From positions 1 through 38,856 of the IMG/VR virus record IMGVR_UViG_3300035433_000019: a stretch of 38,856 nucleotides of DNA. One strand, given 5' to 3'. This document shows, piece by piece, positions 1 through 9,011 of the stretch. This DNA comes from a virus (Duplodnaviria; Caudoviricetes). Every line of letters starts with the position of its first letter. Within the stretch, counting starts at the first letter, position 1. The position numbers and the translations under genes are program-made. Under the pieces are notes generated by a model, which did not search any database, was not told the origin of the DNA, and saw only the letters and a program-made list of their open reading frames with translations.

Positions 1-426
1 ATGCGGCAGCTCACCCTTTTCGACGACAGCACTCCCAATCTTTCCGGCGTGATCCCCGCCGTGCGCGCGGCCATGAACCGCGCCGCAGGTGAAAGCGCGG
101 AAGGCCGGAAGCTGCTCGTCGACCGCATCAACGCCATCGCCAGATCTCACAACCTCAGGCTTACGCGGGGCAACGCCAGGGTCATTTCCAAGGACCTGCT
201 CGACAAGTGGCTGGCCCCGCACGACCGCGACCACACGCCCTCGCTTCTGGCGGTGGTGGTCTTCTGCCACGCCACCGGCGACTTCGGCCCGCTGGAAGCC
301 ATCCTGCGCACCTTCGGGCTGGGCATCCTCACGCCCGAAGTCCTGCGCGATGCGCACTTCGGCAGGGCCGTGAAGGAAGAGAAACTGGCGCGCAAGCGCC
401 GGAGACAACTGGAGGAAACCCTATGA
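1..426 (+). CDS. phage early regulatory protein (CII-like, putative)
   Basis: 141-aa ORF at head of early operon, helical with LDKWLAP motif, stop overlaps next ATG. Confidence 0.6.
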   Translation: MRQLTLFDDSTPNLSGVIPAVRAAMNRAAGESAEGRKLLVDRINAIARSHNLRLTRGNARVISKDLLDKWLAPHDRDHTPSLLAVVVFCHATGDFGPLEAILRTFGLGILTPEVLRDAHFGRAVKEEKLARKRRRQLEETL

Positions 427-698
427 TGACCAGAGCCGATTGCGGCCACCGGCGCGGTGACGCTTCAGACTTCATCAAGCGCGAACTGCGGCGGCGCAAC
501 CACACCATGCGCAGCCTTGCCGCCCTCATCGGCCTGTCTGGCGAAGCCGTGGCCAAGACCGTGCGCGGCGAACTGCACAGCCCCCGCGTGCTCGACGCGC
601 TTCGCGACCTTGGCGTGCCGGAAAAGTACCTGTTCGACCCGCGCAGACTGGCCCAGCCGCAACCCCTGACCCAACCCGAACGGCAGGACGCCGCGTAG
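423..698 (+). CDS. Ner/Cro-like HTH DNA-binding protein
   Basis: ATG 423 after GGAGG; IKRELRRRNHTMRSLAALIGLSGEAVAKTVRG is an HTH; sits immediately before the transposase as Mu ner does. Confidence 0.7.
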   Translation: MMTRADCGHRRGDASDFIKRELRRRNHTMRSLAALIGLSGEAVAKTVRGELHSPRVLDALRDLGVPEKYLFDPRRLAQPQPLTQPERQDAA

Positions 699-725
699 CG
701 CCCCCCGCACCAGCAGGGCCGAACC

Positions 726-2915
726 ATGAAGACCTTCAAGGACGCATACACCGCAGGCGAACTGGCCGCCGCGCTCGGAGTCACCGACCGCGCCGTCCAG
801 ATGCGCGCCCGGCGCGAAGGCTGGCAGGCCCGGCGCAGGCCGGGGCGTGGCGGCGGCAACGAATGGCTGGTCGTCTCCATGCCGGAAGGCACGGCGCTGG
901 CCGTGCGCATGGCGGAAGAACGCACCGCCGTGGCGGCTGCCGCGTCGGACCACCCGTCCACCCCATCCGCCCCGTCCACCTTGCCCGGCGCGCCCGCCCC
1001 GCTCGACCCCAAGCGCCGCCAGCAGGCCCTTGCCCGGCTGGACCTCGTGCGCCTGTACCTCGACTGGCTGCGCAGGCACGGCAAGTCCGTGCAGAGCCGG
1101 GCGGACTTCCTTGCCGCGTACGATGGCGGCGCGTGGCCGCAGCTGCTGGCCACGGTGGGGCCGGTCAGCTGGAAGACGCTGGAACGCTGGAAGGTGCAGC
1201 AGCGCCGCGCGGGCGACCTGATGGCCATCGCGGACAAGCGCGGTCTTGCCCACCGGGGCAAGTCGCTGCTCACCGAGCGGCACCGCCAGATCATCCTCGG
1301 CAAGGCGCTGCACATCAACAACCCCGCCATCAGCTACGTCTGCAATCAGGTAACCGGGCTCTGCAAGGCCGAGGGGCTGCACGTGCCGTCGCCTGCCACC
1401 ATCCGGCGCTTCCTGAACCAGTACATGGGCGACTGCCATGCGGAATGGACCTTCATCCGCGAGCGCAAGAAGGCATGGAACGACAAGGCCGCCATCTGGT
1501 TCGAGCGCAACTGGGGGCTGGTGGAGGTGGGCGACATCCTCATCGCCGACGGCCACACCCTGAACTTCGAGACGACCAACCCGGACACGGGCAAGCCCTG
1601 CCGCATGACCATGGTGCTGTGGTTCGACGGGGCCAGCAACTACCCGCTGGGGTGGGAACTGATGCCCACCGAGAACACGGCCAGCATCAGCGCCGCCCTG
1701 CGGCGGGCCTGCATCCGCCTCGGCAAGGTGCCGCGCATCGCCTACCTCGACAACGGCAAGGCGTTCCGCGCCCGGCACTTCAAGGGCTGCGCAGACTTCC
1801 GGCAGGCCGGGATCGTGGGCCTGTACGAAGACCTGGGCGTGCAGGTGATCCACGCATGGGCCTACCACGGGCAGTCCAAGCCCATCGAACGATTCTTCGG
1901 CACCTTCCACGAACTGGAAAACTGGGTGCCCTCGTACACGGGCCGCAGCATCGACACCAAGCCCGCCCGCATGCACCGGGGCGAGGCGATGCACCGCAAG
2001 TTGTACGACGCCCTCGGCGGACGCCCGCTGACGATGCAGGAAACGCACGCGGCCATTGCCCATTTCTTCGACGCCTACGTGCTGCGTCCGCAGCGCGGAC
2101 ACCTTGCCGGGCGCACTCCACACGAGATTTTCAGTGCCGGGCGCGGGCCGGGCCTGACCGCCGACGACCTGAACCGGCTGAACCTGTGGATGCTCTCGCG
2201 CGAGGTGCGGGAAATAGACCGGGGCGGCACGGTGCGCCTGCTTGGCCGCCGCTACTTCGCGCCGGAACTGTACGGCAAGAAACACGCGGTCGTGGTGCGC
2301 TACGACGACCAGCGCCCGCAGAGCGTGCTGGTGTACGCCACCGACGGGCGTTTCCTTGCCGAGGCGCGAGAGATGCAAACCCTGCATCCCGCTGCCTACT
2401 ACCTTGGCGAAGGTGAGCACCGCGAACAGCTTGCCGACGCCCTTGCCATCCGGCGCGAGCAAGAGAAGCTGGCCGGGGCCAGTTCGCGGGCGCTGCTGGA
2501 TGCGGTGGTCATTCCCGAACACCGGCAGCGCATGGCGCAACTGGCCAGCGACACCCCGGCGGCCCTGCCCGAAGGCGAAAGCGCCATCCCGGCCCACGCC
2601 CGCCGCGAACTGCCCACCCCCACCATCACCGATGACGAGCGCCGCGCCCACGACGCCATGCTGGCCGAACACCGCGCCCGCATGGCGGCCCGCCCGGCCT
2701 ACGAGGCCCCGTCGTTCTTCGCCTCGCAGCTCGACCGCTACGAGTTCCTTTTCCGGATTTCCGAGGTTCAGGGCCTGCCCCTGACCGAGGCCGACGCCAC
2801 ATTCAAGGCCGAGTACGAGCAGTCGGACGAATACCTTGAGGTGGCCCTGCCCCGCTACGAACAGCAACGCCGCCTGATTGCGCGCATGGCGGCCATGGAG
2901 GCTCGCGCATCATGA
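726..2915 (+). CDS. Mu-type DDE transposase (MuA-like)
   Basis: N-terminal HTH (YTAGELAAALGVTDRAVQ), catalytic IADGH / YLDNGKAF / SKPIERFF motifs, C-terminal Mu transposase-like region (VVVRYDD). Confidence 0.95.
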   Translation: MKTFKDAYTAGELAAALGVTDRAVQMRARREGWQARRRPGRGGGNEWLVVSMPEGTALAVRMAEERTAVAAAASDHPSTPSAPSTLPGAPAPLDPKRRQQALARLDLVRLYLDWLRRHGKSVQSRADFLAAYDGGAWPQLLATVGPVSWKTLERWKVQQRRAGDLMAIADKRGLAHRGKSLLTERHRQIILGKALHINNPAISYVCNQVTGLCKAEGLHVPSPATIRRFLNQYMGDCHAEWTFIRERKKAWNDKAAIWFERNWGLVEVGDILIADGHTLNFETTNPDTGKPCRMTMVLWFDGASNYPLGWELMPTENTASISAALRRACIRLGKVPRIAYLDNGKAFRARHFKGCADFRQAGIVGLYEDLGVQVIHAWAYHGQSKPIERFFGTFHELENWVPSYTGRSIDTKPARMHRGEAMHRKLYDALGGRPLTMQETHAAIAHFFDAYVLRPQRGHLAGRTPHEIFSAGRGPGLTADDLNRLNLWMLSREVREIDRGGTVRLLGRRYFAPELYGKKHAVVVRYDDQRPQSVLVYATDGRFLAEAREMQTLHPAAYYLGEGEHREQLADALAIRREQEKLAGASSRALLDAVVIPEHRQRMAQLASDTPAALPEGESAIPAHARRELPTPTITDDERRAHDAMLAEHRARMAARPAYEAPSFFASQLDRYEFLFRISEVQGLPLTEADATFKAEYEQSDEYLEVALPRYEQQRRLIARMAAMEARAS

Positions 2916-3613
2916 AAAAGGGCATCTTCATCGAAACGGACAACGTGGCGCGCCTGCGCCGGGCCTTGCGACAGGCGGAAGACACGGAACGTGGCCGCCC
3001 CGGCATGGTGGCGGTGTGGGGCGAGGCGGGCGTGGGCAAGACCATTGCCGCGCACAGCATGTACGCCCAGCACGGCGGGGCCTTTCTGCGGGTGCTGGAG
3101 GGCATGACCCAGCACGCCTTCCTTCAGGAACTGTGCTGGGAACTGATGGAGGCGCGGCCCCACGGCGCGCACCGCTGCCGCGCCGAAATCCTGCGCGCCC
3201 TCGATGCCGAACCCGTGACCATCTACGTGGACGAGGCCGACCGGCTGGATCTGCGCCGCCTTGAAGACCTGCGCGACATCCACGACATGTCCGGCTGCCC
3301 GGTGGTGCTCATTGGCGAGCAGCACCTGCCCGGCAAGCTGTCGCAGCGCAGCCGCATCGACGACCGCATCCCCGACGAATACCGGGTGGCCTTCACCGGC
3401 ATCAGCACGCAGGACGTGGCCCTGTACGCCATGGAGGGGGCCGACCTTGCCCTGACCACCGACGCCGCCGCGCTCATCCACAAGCAGGCCAGGGGCAACT
3501 TCCGCCGGGTTCACAACCTGCTGTTGTCGGTGGAATCCGCCGCCCGCGCCAGGAACACCGGCACGGTGGATGCGGCCCTCGTCAAGGCGGCGCTGCCCAC
3601 CGCGCGGAGGTAG
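2912..3613 (+). CDS. transposition AAA+ ATPase (MuB-like)
   Basis: Walker A GEAGVGKT, Walker B IYVDEAD, GNFR; ATGA overlap with the transposase. Confidence 0.93.
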   Translation: MKKGIFIETDNVARLRRALRQAEDTERGRPGMVAVWGEAGVGKTIAAHSMYAQHGGAFLRVLEGMTQHAFLQELCWELMEARPHGAHRCRAEILRALDAEPVTIYVDEADRLDLRRLEDLRDIHDMSGCPVVLIGEQHLPGKLSQRSRIDDRIPDEYRVAFTGISTQDVALYAMEGADLALTTDAAALIHKQARGNFRRVHNLLLSVESAARARNTGTVDAALVKAALPTARR

Positions 3614-3615
3614 CC

Positions 3616-4260
3616 ATGCGCACCGACGCCATGGACGCCGTGCGCGCCGCCCTGCGGTCCTTCTGCCCCACCGGCAAGGAATCCGTCACCACGCCGCAGC
3701 TTGCCGAAGCCCTTGGCCTGACCACGGAAAGCCAGCGCCAGTTGCTGCGCAGGCGGCTGCACGCCCTGATGGAACGTGGCGAGGTGGACAAGCCGGACCG
3801 GGGCCTCTGGCGGCTGGTGCCCGGCGTGGAACCGCGCCGCACGGGCGAAAGCTACGTGCGCATGTGGCGGGCCATCCGCATCCAGACCGCCGGGTGGCGT
3901 CTGGCGGACATCGCCATCATTGCCCGCGTGGAACGAACCACGGTGGGGCGGTACGTGCGCTGGCTGGAAGCGGAAGGCTACATCGCCCGGAACGGGCAGG
4001 ACGGCAACGCCAACCTGTGGCGACTGACCGCCGCCGGGCGCGAACGCCGCGAAACCCCGTGGCCGCCCATTGACCTGCCGATGGCCTACGAAGCCGAACG
4101 CCGCGCCACTGCCCAACTCTGCCGCATCCTGCTGCTGGAAGACCCGGACGTCCCCGCCACGCGGCGCAGGATTCAGCAACAGCTTGCCGTGCTTGTCGCA
4201 CGGTTTCCCATCACAACCACCGCAAACGGGGCCGACGCCCCGCCCGCCACGGAGGCATGA
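3616..4260 (+). CDS. winged-helix DNA-binding protein (two putative wHTH)
   Basis: TTPQLAEALGL and LADIAIIARVERTTVGRYVRWLEAEGYI segments; GGAGG upstream. Confidence 0.65.
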   Translation: MRTDAMDAVRAALRSFCPTGKESVTTPQLAEALGLTTESQRQLLRRRLHALMERGEVDKPDRGLWRLVPGVEPRRTGESYVRMWRAIRIQTAGWRLADIAIIARVERTTVGRYVRWLEAEGYIARNGQDGNANLWRLTAAGRERRETPWPPIDLPMAYEAERRATAQLCRILLLEDPDVPATRRRIQQQLAVLVARFPITTTANGADAPPATEA

Positions 4261-4472
4261 CCATGGTGGCCGACAAGATCAGGGATGCCCGGCTGGCGCT
4301 GGGCGTGCTGGCCGGACAGGTCAGCGAGGAAACGTGGGGGCTCATCCGGTGCATCCAGAACGAACTGGATGCGGCGGCCGGACAGGTTGAAACCATGGAA
4401 CGGACGTTCCCCGTGCCCGGCATGCCCGCCGGGTCCGCGAACACGGCAGGCGAAACGCAGGAGACGCACTGA
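4257..4472 (+). CDS. hypothetical phage protein (coiled coil)
   Basis: 71 aa, translationally coupled at both ends, GGAGG upstream. Confidence 0.6.
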   Translation: MTMVADKIRDARLALGVLAGQVSEETWGLIRCIQNELDAAAGQVETMERTFPVPGMPAGSANTAGETQETH

Positions 4473-4981
4473 TGGCACGACGCAAGCCCAACCCGGTAAT
4501 CATCGCCGACCGCCCGCAGGCCGAAGGCGCACTGGCGGAAATCGCGGTCATCGACCGCAAGCTGACCGGCATCGAAACGGACATGAACACGGCCATCGAC
4601 GCGGCCAAGGCTGCCGCCGGTCAGGCCAGCGCCCCGTTGCTGGCCCGCCGGGCCGACCTTGAAAACGCGGTGGCCACGTGGGCCACGCTGAACAAGGCCG
4701 AACTGTTCATGGACCGCAAGAGCATCGACCTCGGCTTCGGCGTCGTCGGCTTCCGGCAGGCCACCAAGCTCAAGCAGGTGCCCAGGGTAACGGTGGCCAT
4801 GACGCTGGAACGCCTGCGCGAGCTGGGCTTTCTCGACGGCATCCGGGTGAAGGAAGAGGTCAACAAGGAAGTGGCGGCGGGCTGGCCCGCCTCGAAGCTG
4901 GAACTGGTGGGCCTGAAGCGGCACATCACCGACGACTTCTACATCGAGATCGCGCGCGAGGACGTGGAGCGCGCGGCCTGA
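4472..4981 (+). CDS. gam: host-nuclease inhibitor Gam (Mu Gam family)
   Basis: Coiled N-terminus, KSIDLGFGVVGFR and IRVKEEVNKE motifs, C-terminal DDFYIE typical of Mu Gam. Confidence 0.9.
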   Translation: MARRKPNPVIIADRPQAEGALAEIAVIDRKLTGIETDMNTAIDAAKAAAGQASAPLLARRADLENAVATWATLNKAELFMDRKSIDLGFGVVGFRQATKLKQVPRVTVAMTLERLRELGFLDGIRVKEEVNKEVAAGWPASKLELVGLKRHITDDFYIEIAREDVERAA

Positions 4982-4997
4982 CGCACCGGAGGCGGAC

Positions 4998-5288
4998 ATG
5001 GCCCACGACAGCATCGACATCCCCCGCTACGCGCGGCTCTACGCCCAGCGCGTGCTGCGCAACACCAACCTGGACCCCGGCGACATGCCGGAACTGTCCC
5101 GCAACACCGAATTCAAGGCGCGGGCCGTGCGGGAAAAGGCCGACGTGACGCGCACCATCCGGCGAGAGGCGGGGCACCTGCTGGTGGCGTCGGGCCTGCC
5201 CGCCGATGCGGTGCGCAAGGCCCTGCGTCTAGAGCACTGGTGGCAACCGGAACAGCGCGGCGCGAAGCACAAGGAAAAGGTGCGATGA
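4998..5288 (+). CDS. hypothetical phage protein
   Basis: 96 aa, GGAGG SD, phage-like codon usage. Confidence 0.65.
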   Translation: MAHDSIDIPRYARLYAQRVLRNTNLDPGDMPELSRNTEFKARAVREKADVTRTIRREAGHLLVASGLPADAVRKALRLEHWWQPEQRGAKHKEKVR

Positions 5289-5289
5289 A

Positions 5290-5361
5290 TGCGAAACCGC
5301 CCCGTCCATGCGGCGGGGCGGTCGCCCGGCGGTGGCGCGCCGGGCCTGACGAGCAGCCACC
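5290..5361 (+). ncRNA. hammerhead ribozyme, type II, with pseudoknot
   Basis: GAAA 5293-5296; stem III 5296-5306/5312-5322; GUC cleavage triplet 5321-5323; stem I 5324-5331/5338-5345; CUGACGA 5346-5352; stem II 5290-5292/5353-5355; loop GUGGC pairs with GCCAC 5356-5360. Confidence 0.9.
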
Positions 5362-5379
5362 CCGCACAAAGGAAACGGC

Positions 5380-5829
5380 ATGGCCGAACATCGCAAGAAA
5401 TGCGCGTCTGTTTGCGTAAAAAATGGCGCAATCGGGTCGGGCACCGTGGAATTCTTTCCCGCAGCGCAATGGGGCGGCCCGCAGGGGCTGTACCGCCTGC
5501 GCATGGGGCGCAAGTGGCTGGACGCCCCCCACGGCCTGCACGGCACCGGGCGCTTCCTGACCGTGGCCGAGATTGCCGCGCTGCTGGCCTACCACATCTT
5601 TGGCGTGGATCTGCGCCACGCCGCGCCGCCCCCACCACCGGACCACCTGCCCCGCAAGCGCCTTGTGGCCGTGCGCACCGGCGGCACCGACGAATACCCC
5701 CTGCACGACGTGACCCGCATCGCCAGCGAGGCCCCCGTGCTGGGGGCCGACGGGCGCTGGTACGTGGCCGTGCATCTTTACGGGCGGGGCACCGTGCTGG
5801 TGCCCGCCGAGGAGTGTCACCCGAAATGA
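5380..5829 (+). CDS. hypothetical phage protein
   Basis: 149 aa, AAGGA upstream, stop overlaps gemA ATG. Confidence 0.65.
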   Translation: MAEHRKKCASVCVKNGAIGSGTVEFFPAAQWGGPQGLYRLRMGRKWLDAPHGLHGTGRFLTVAEIAALLAYHIFGVDLRHAAPPPPPDHLPRKRLVAVRTGGTDEYPLHDVTRIASEAPVLGADGRWYVAVHLYGRGTVLVPAEECHPK

Positions 5830-6320
5830 GAACGAACGCCGCCCACCGCAAGGCCCTGCTGGGCAAGTCTTCCATCGGCGTGAAGCAGCTCGGCATTGAT
5901 GCCGACACCCTGCGCGAGATGTTGCGCAACCTGTTCGGCAAGGAATCGCGGGCCGAGCTGACCGCTCCGGAGCTGGTGCGCCTGTGCGACCACCTGGCGC
6001 AGCGCGGTGCGCGGTTCACGTCCGGCGACGCACCACGTGAAGGCAAGCCGTACAAGGTGAAGGCCGCCGGGCGGCGCAGCGACTGGTACGAGATTCCCGA
6101 AGGGCCGCAGGCCGCCCGCAAGCGCGGCATCGCGGCCATGTGGCGCAAGCTGGGCTACGACATGACCAGTCTGGACACCCGCGTGCAGCGGGCTTTTGGC
6201 GTGGAGGCGTTCCGCTGGCTGGACGACGAGGGCAACCTGCGCACCCTTGCAAGGGATCTGGAAGCGCGCCTGCGGGCCAGGGAACAGCGGGAGCAGGATG
6301 CGGCAGGGGCCACCGCGTGA
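5826..6320 (+). CDS. gemA: GemA-like regulatory protein (Mu gp16/DUF1018)
   Basis: Start reassigned to ATG 5826; KQLGIDADTLREML..GKESRAELT and IAAMWRKLG...LDTRVQRAFGVEAFRWL patterns. Confidence 0.82.
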   Translation: MRTNAAHRKALLGKSSIGVKQLGIDADTLREMLRNLFGKESRAELTAPELVRLCDHLAQRGARFTSGDAPREGKPYKVKAAGRRSDWYEIPEGPQAARKRGIAAMWRKLGYDMTSLDTRVQRAFGVEAFRWLDDEGNLRTLARDLEARLRAREQREQDAAGATA

Positions 6321-6682
6321 CGGACGAAGAACGCGCGGCGCTCGATGTGGCCATCCGGCAGCACTACGGAACGCCGCACCGGTTCTGCAAGCAGACGGGG
6401 CTGCCGCGCGGCACGGTCTATCAGGTGCTGGCCGGGCGCTACGCGGGCGACATGGACAGACAGGGCGAGCGCATCCGGCAGGCATTGCGGCAACCCCGCA
6501 CCGCCGGGCTCGACGCGGCCAGCATCGGGCGCATCCTGCGCCGGCACGCCTGCGCCCGTTGCCTGTCGCGCGGGTCCGGCCTGTGCGACCGCTGCGAGCC
6601 CATGTTCGCGGCGCAGACACGAGACATCCTTGCCCTTGCGGGCCAATCGACGGAGGAAACGGATGGCGACGCTGATAGATGA
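6317..6682 (+). CDS. HTH protein with C-terminal Cys cluster
   Basis: GTG 6317 overlapping gemA stop; FCKQTGLPRGTVYQVLAGRY HTH; CARC...CDRC. Confidence 0.6.
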   Translation: MTDEERAALDVAIRQHYGTPHRFCKQTGLPRGTVYQVLAGRYAGDMDRQGERIRQALRQPRTAGLDAASIGRILRRHACARCLSRGSGLCDRCEPMFAAQTRDILALAGQSTEETDGDADR

Positions 6683-7130
6683 CGTGGTGAAGCTGGTGCG
6701 GCACGGCTGGCGACCCTATCAGGGCACCGTGGAGGCGGCGGTGTACGAGCGACTGCGCTGCCCGCGCGCGCCGTTGCCCGCGCCGGGCGCATCGCGGCGC
6801 ACCAGCGGGCCGTACTGGTTCCACCGGGCGGACGTGTTCCTGTGCATCGGCTGCGGTCGGCGGTGCAGCCTGAACCGGCCCGACGGCTTCGCGCCGCCGC
6901 TGCCCATCCGCTATCCGTACAGCAGGGAACTGCCCTTCACCCTCACCCCGCAGGAAATGGTGACCCGGCTGCGCCTGCTGAACGTGAACCAGGCGGCCTA
7001 CTGCCTGAACGCCAGCGCCAGCCAGATCTACCACTGGATAGCAGAGGGCAGGCTGCGGCGGCTGAAGGATTCGCCCGTGCGCGTCCCCGCCGAGGACGTG
7101 CAGGCCATGATGGAAGATTGGGAGGATTAA
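6663..7130 (+). CDS. Cys-cluster plus excisionase-type HTH protein, candidate transcription activator
   Basis: ATG 6663 after GGAGG; CIGCGRRC; C-terminal LLNVNQAAYCLNASASQIYHWIAEGRL MerR/Xis-like HTH; occupies the Mor/C position. Confidence 0.7.
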   Translation: MATLIDDVVKLVRHGWRPYQGTVEAAVYERLRCPRAPLPAPGASRRTSGPYWFHRADVFLCIGCGRRCSLNRPDGFAPPLPIRYPYSRELPFTLTPQEMVTRLRLLNVNQAAYCLNASASQIYHWIAEGRLRRLKDSPVRVPAEDVQAMMEDWED

Positions 7131-8470
7131 ATCCTTGTGAACAATGGGTTTTTTAACACTCTGCGTTCTATCAACTCCCATGAGAACCCTAGTTCGTGTA
7201 ATAATATTGCCCACATGATCTTTTTAAAAAAGCTTGCGACATCGATATATTTATCTATTGTATAAGATCTTTGTGCTGGTTTTGAATGATGCGTCAATTC
7301 ATTTCTCATTTCAACAGCATCCCTTATGTAGTTTTTATAATCTTTAATTTTCCCATACGACGTGTTTGAAATTACTTTTTCTATTAATTTAGCTGCCTTG
7401 TCTCTGAGAGAGAATTCGTTGCCATGTTCAAGTTGGCTTAAAAATTTATTTTTAATTTTTTCGTTCTTGATGCTGCTTATCGCATCCTTCATATTCTCTT
7501 TTATTGTTAAGAACTCATCGTCATTGCAATATGCACCTTTGTAAAATTCCCTTTCAAGCATTTCTATGGACTGGATTATTCTGTAGAATGTATTCTCGAT
7601 GTATATAGTTCGTCCGGAGAAAACCTCTCTAGCCTTGGATATTATCCCGTCAATTGCGAACGATTTTTCAAAGAAATTCACAAAAGCAGTTCGCAAGTCG
7701 TCCTTGCCCGTGAAAAAAACAACACTTCTGCCAATATCTGCATCTGGTGCATACATCATGCGCGGGGGTGATATTTCGTATTCTCCATCGCTATCGTATA
7801 AGGAAATATCTGTTGGCATCATGGAGACACCAACAAAAATCAAAAACAGGCCTTGTATTTTGCATACGATGTCAGAAAAAAAATCATATGACTTTGGATT
7901 GCTTGATTCTATCTCGATTCGCACCTGAGGATCCAAAGATGCGCGGCGCTTTCCATAACGAAATATTGACGATTCTACTATCTTAATGTTCACATCATCT
8001 AATACATCAACATCCATCCAGATATAATTTCCCATTGCTATAGAAAGAGTCATTCCACTTTCATTATGTTTGATGCTATTTCTTTCATCAACTTTGAACC
8101 ATTTTGAGAAATTTTCAAATGTAAATGAGCATTTAAAAAACCTATTGTTATCGTGACTGCGTAAGTGATCACCCAAAAAAACACCATTTACATGAAAATC
8201 GTTCAATGTACCAATTTTTCCATGATTAATACTCTTGCAAAAACAATTAATGAGTGTGCAATGACCGCAATCAGTTGCGCCATGTATTGATGTCATCCCT
8301 GCATCAAACATATCTAAGTATTTGTCACTCTCTACGAATAAGTGCAATTCGCCGCCATCTTCTTTGTGCTGATAAACGCCAGAAACCCATTCATTAGTTG
8401 ACCCGCTATAATCAACACTCCACATGCCAAACAACTGGAATTTGTTGCCTGTGGTAATTATCCTGCTCAT
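7127..8470 (-). CDS. ApeA-like HEPN domain protein (putative anti-phage RNase)
   Basis: AT-rich antisense moron; N-terminal GMW...VSG ApeA-NTD-like start, C-terminal SLRDK and RNELTH (RxxxxH) motif. Confidence 0.8.
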   Translation of the reverse strand: MSRIITTGNKFQLFGMWSVDYSGSTNEWVSGVYQHKEDGGELHLFVESDKYLDMFDAGMTSIHGATDCGHCTLINCFCKSINHGKIGTLNDFHVNGVFLGDHLRSHDNNRFFKCSFTFENFSKWFKVDERNSIKHNESGMTLSIAMGNYIWMDVDVLDDVNIKIVESSIFRYGKRRASLDPQVRIEIESSNPKSYDFFSDIVCKIQGLFLIFVGVSMMPTDISLYDSDGEYEISPPRMMYAPDADIGRSVVFFTGKDDLRTAFVNFFEKSFAIDGIISKAREVFSGRTIYIENTFYRIIQSIEMLEREFYKGAYCNDDEFLTIKENMKDAISSIKNEKIKNKFLSQLEHGNEFSLRDKAAKLIEKVISNTSYGKIKDYKNYIRDAVEMRNELTHHSKPAQRSYTIDKYIDVASFFKKIMWAILLHELGFSWELIERRVLKNPLFTRI

Positions 8471-8585
8471 AATTAAATTCCTGTTTTAAGGTTTGCACAG
8501 ATAAGGTTGTGACAAAAACGACATCCTAGCCCAATTTATTTACATAACCTTTCTAGCTTACGGAAAACGCTCCGTCCACGTGGCA

Positions 8586-8607
8586 GATCCTCCCCAAAAG
8601 GAGGATC
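8586..8607 (+). promoter_or_regulatory. hairpin occluding holin Shine-Dalgarno
   Basis: GATCCTCC-ccaaaa-GGAGGATC perfect 8-bp stem; GGAGG lies in the 3' arm, ATG at 8610. Confidence 0.6.
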
Positions 8608-8609
8608 GT

Positions 8610-9011
8610 ATGCGTTTTACCCCCCGAAAACTTCCCCGCTTCCGTCCCCCGCGCATGGGCTGGTGCATGGCGCTGGCCGTTGTGCTGCTGCTTGGCGTGG
8701 CCCGTTTCGCGCCGCAGAACCTGCCCGTCATCATGTACAAGGGCTCGCTGCTCACGCTGGCCAGCGTGGGCGGCTACTGGCTGGCCCGCTGGGTGTTTCC
8801 CTATGGCCGCCCCGACCAGTGGCTGACCGGTGACCGCGCGGTAACCCTTGCCGCCAGCGCCGGGGCCATGCTGTCGGAGCGCATGGGCGTTTCGCTGCCC
8901 GTCGGTCCCGGCACCGTGCTGGCCGTGGCCGTGGGCATGGCCTGCGTGAGCATGATCTGCCGGGCGCTGCTGATGCTGGGGGCCATGCTGGCCGTGGGGC
9001 TGGGCCTGTGA
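8610..9011 (+). CDS. putative holin (2/3-TM type)
   Basis: Hydrophobic segments, GGYWLARWVFPYGRP and C-terminal MLAVGLGL typical of Mu-like phage holins; first gene of the lysis cassette. Confidence 0.8.
   Translation: MRFTPRKLPRFRPPRMGWCMALAVVLLLGVARFAPQNLPVIMYKGSLLTLASVGGYWLARWVFPYGRPDQWLTGDRAVTLAASAGAMLSERMGVSLPVGPGTVLAVAVGMACVSMICRALLMLGAMLAVGLGL

Noticed and set aside
1-60. Mu left end and repressor
   Set aside because: Window starts at an ATG; no end repeats or divergent repressor visible
465-2867. 800-aa minus-strand ORF, and similar long antisense ORFs (15443-17401, 17969-20662, 22550-24952, 28586-30094, 34648-36477)
   Set aside because: Shadow frames of GC-rich, well-supported + strand genes; no motifs or RBS
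5289-5825. Long N-terminal extension of the gemA ORF in the track
   Set aside because: Overlaps the hammerhead and the 5380-5829 gene; ATG 5826 coupled to the upstream stop is more plausible
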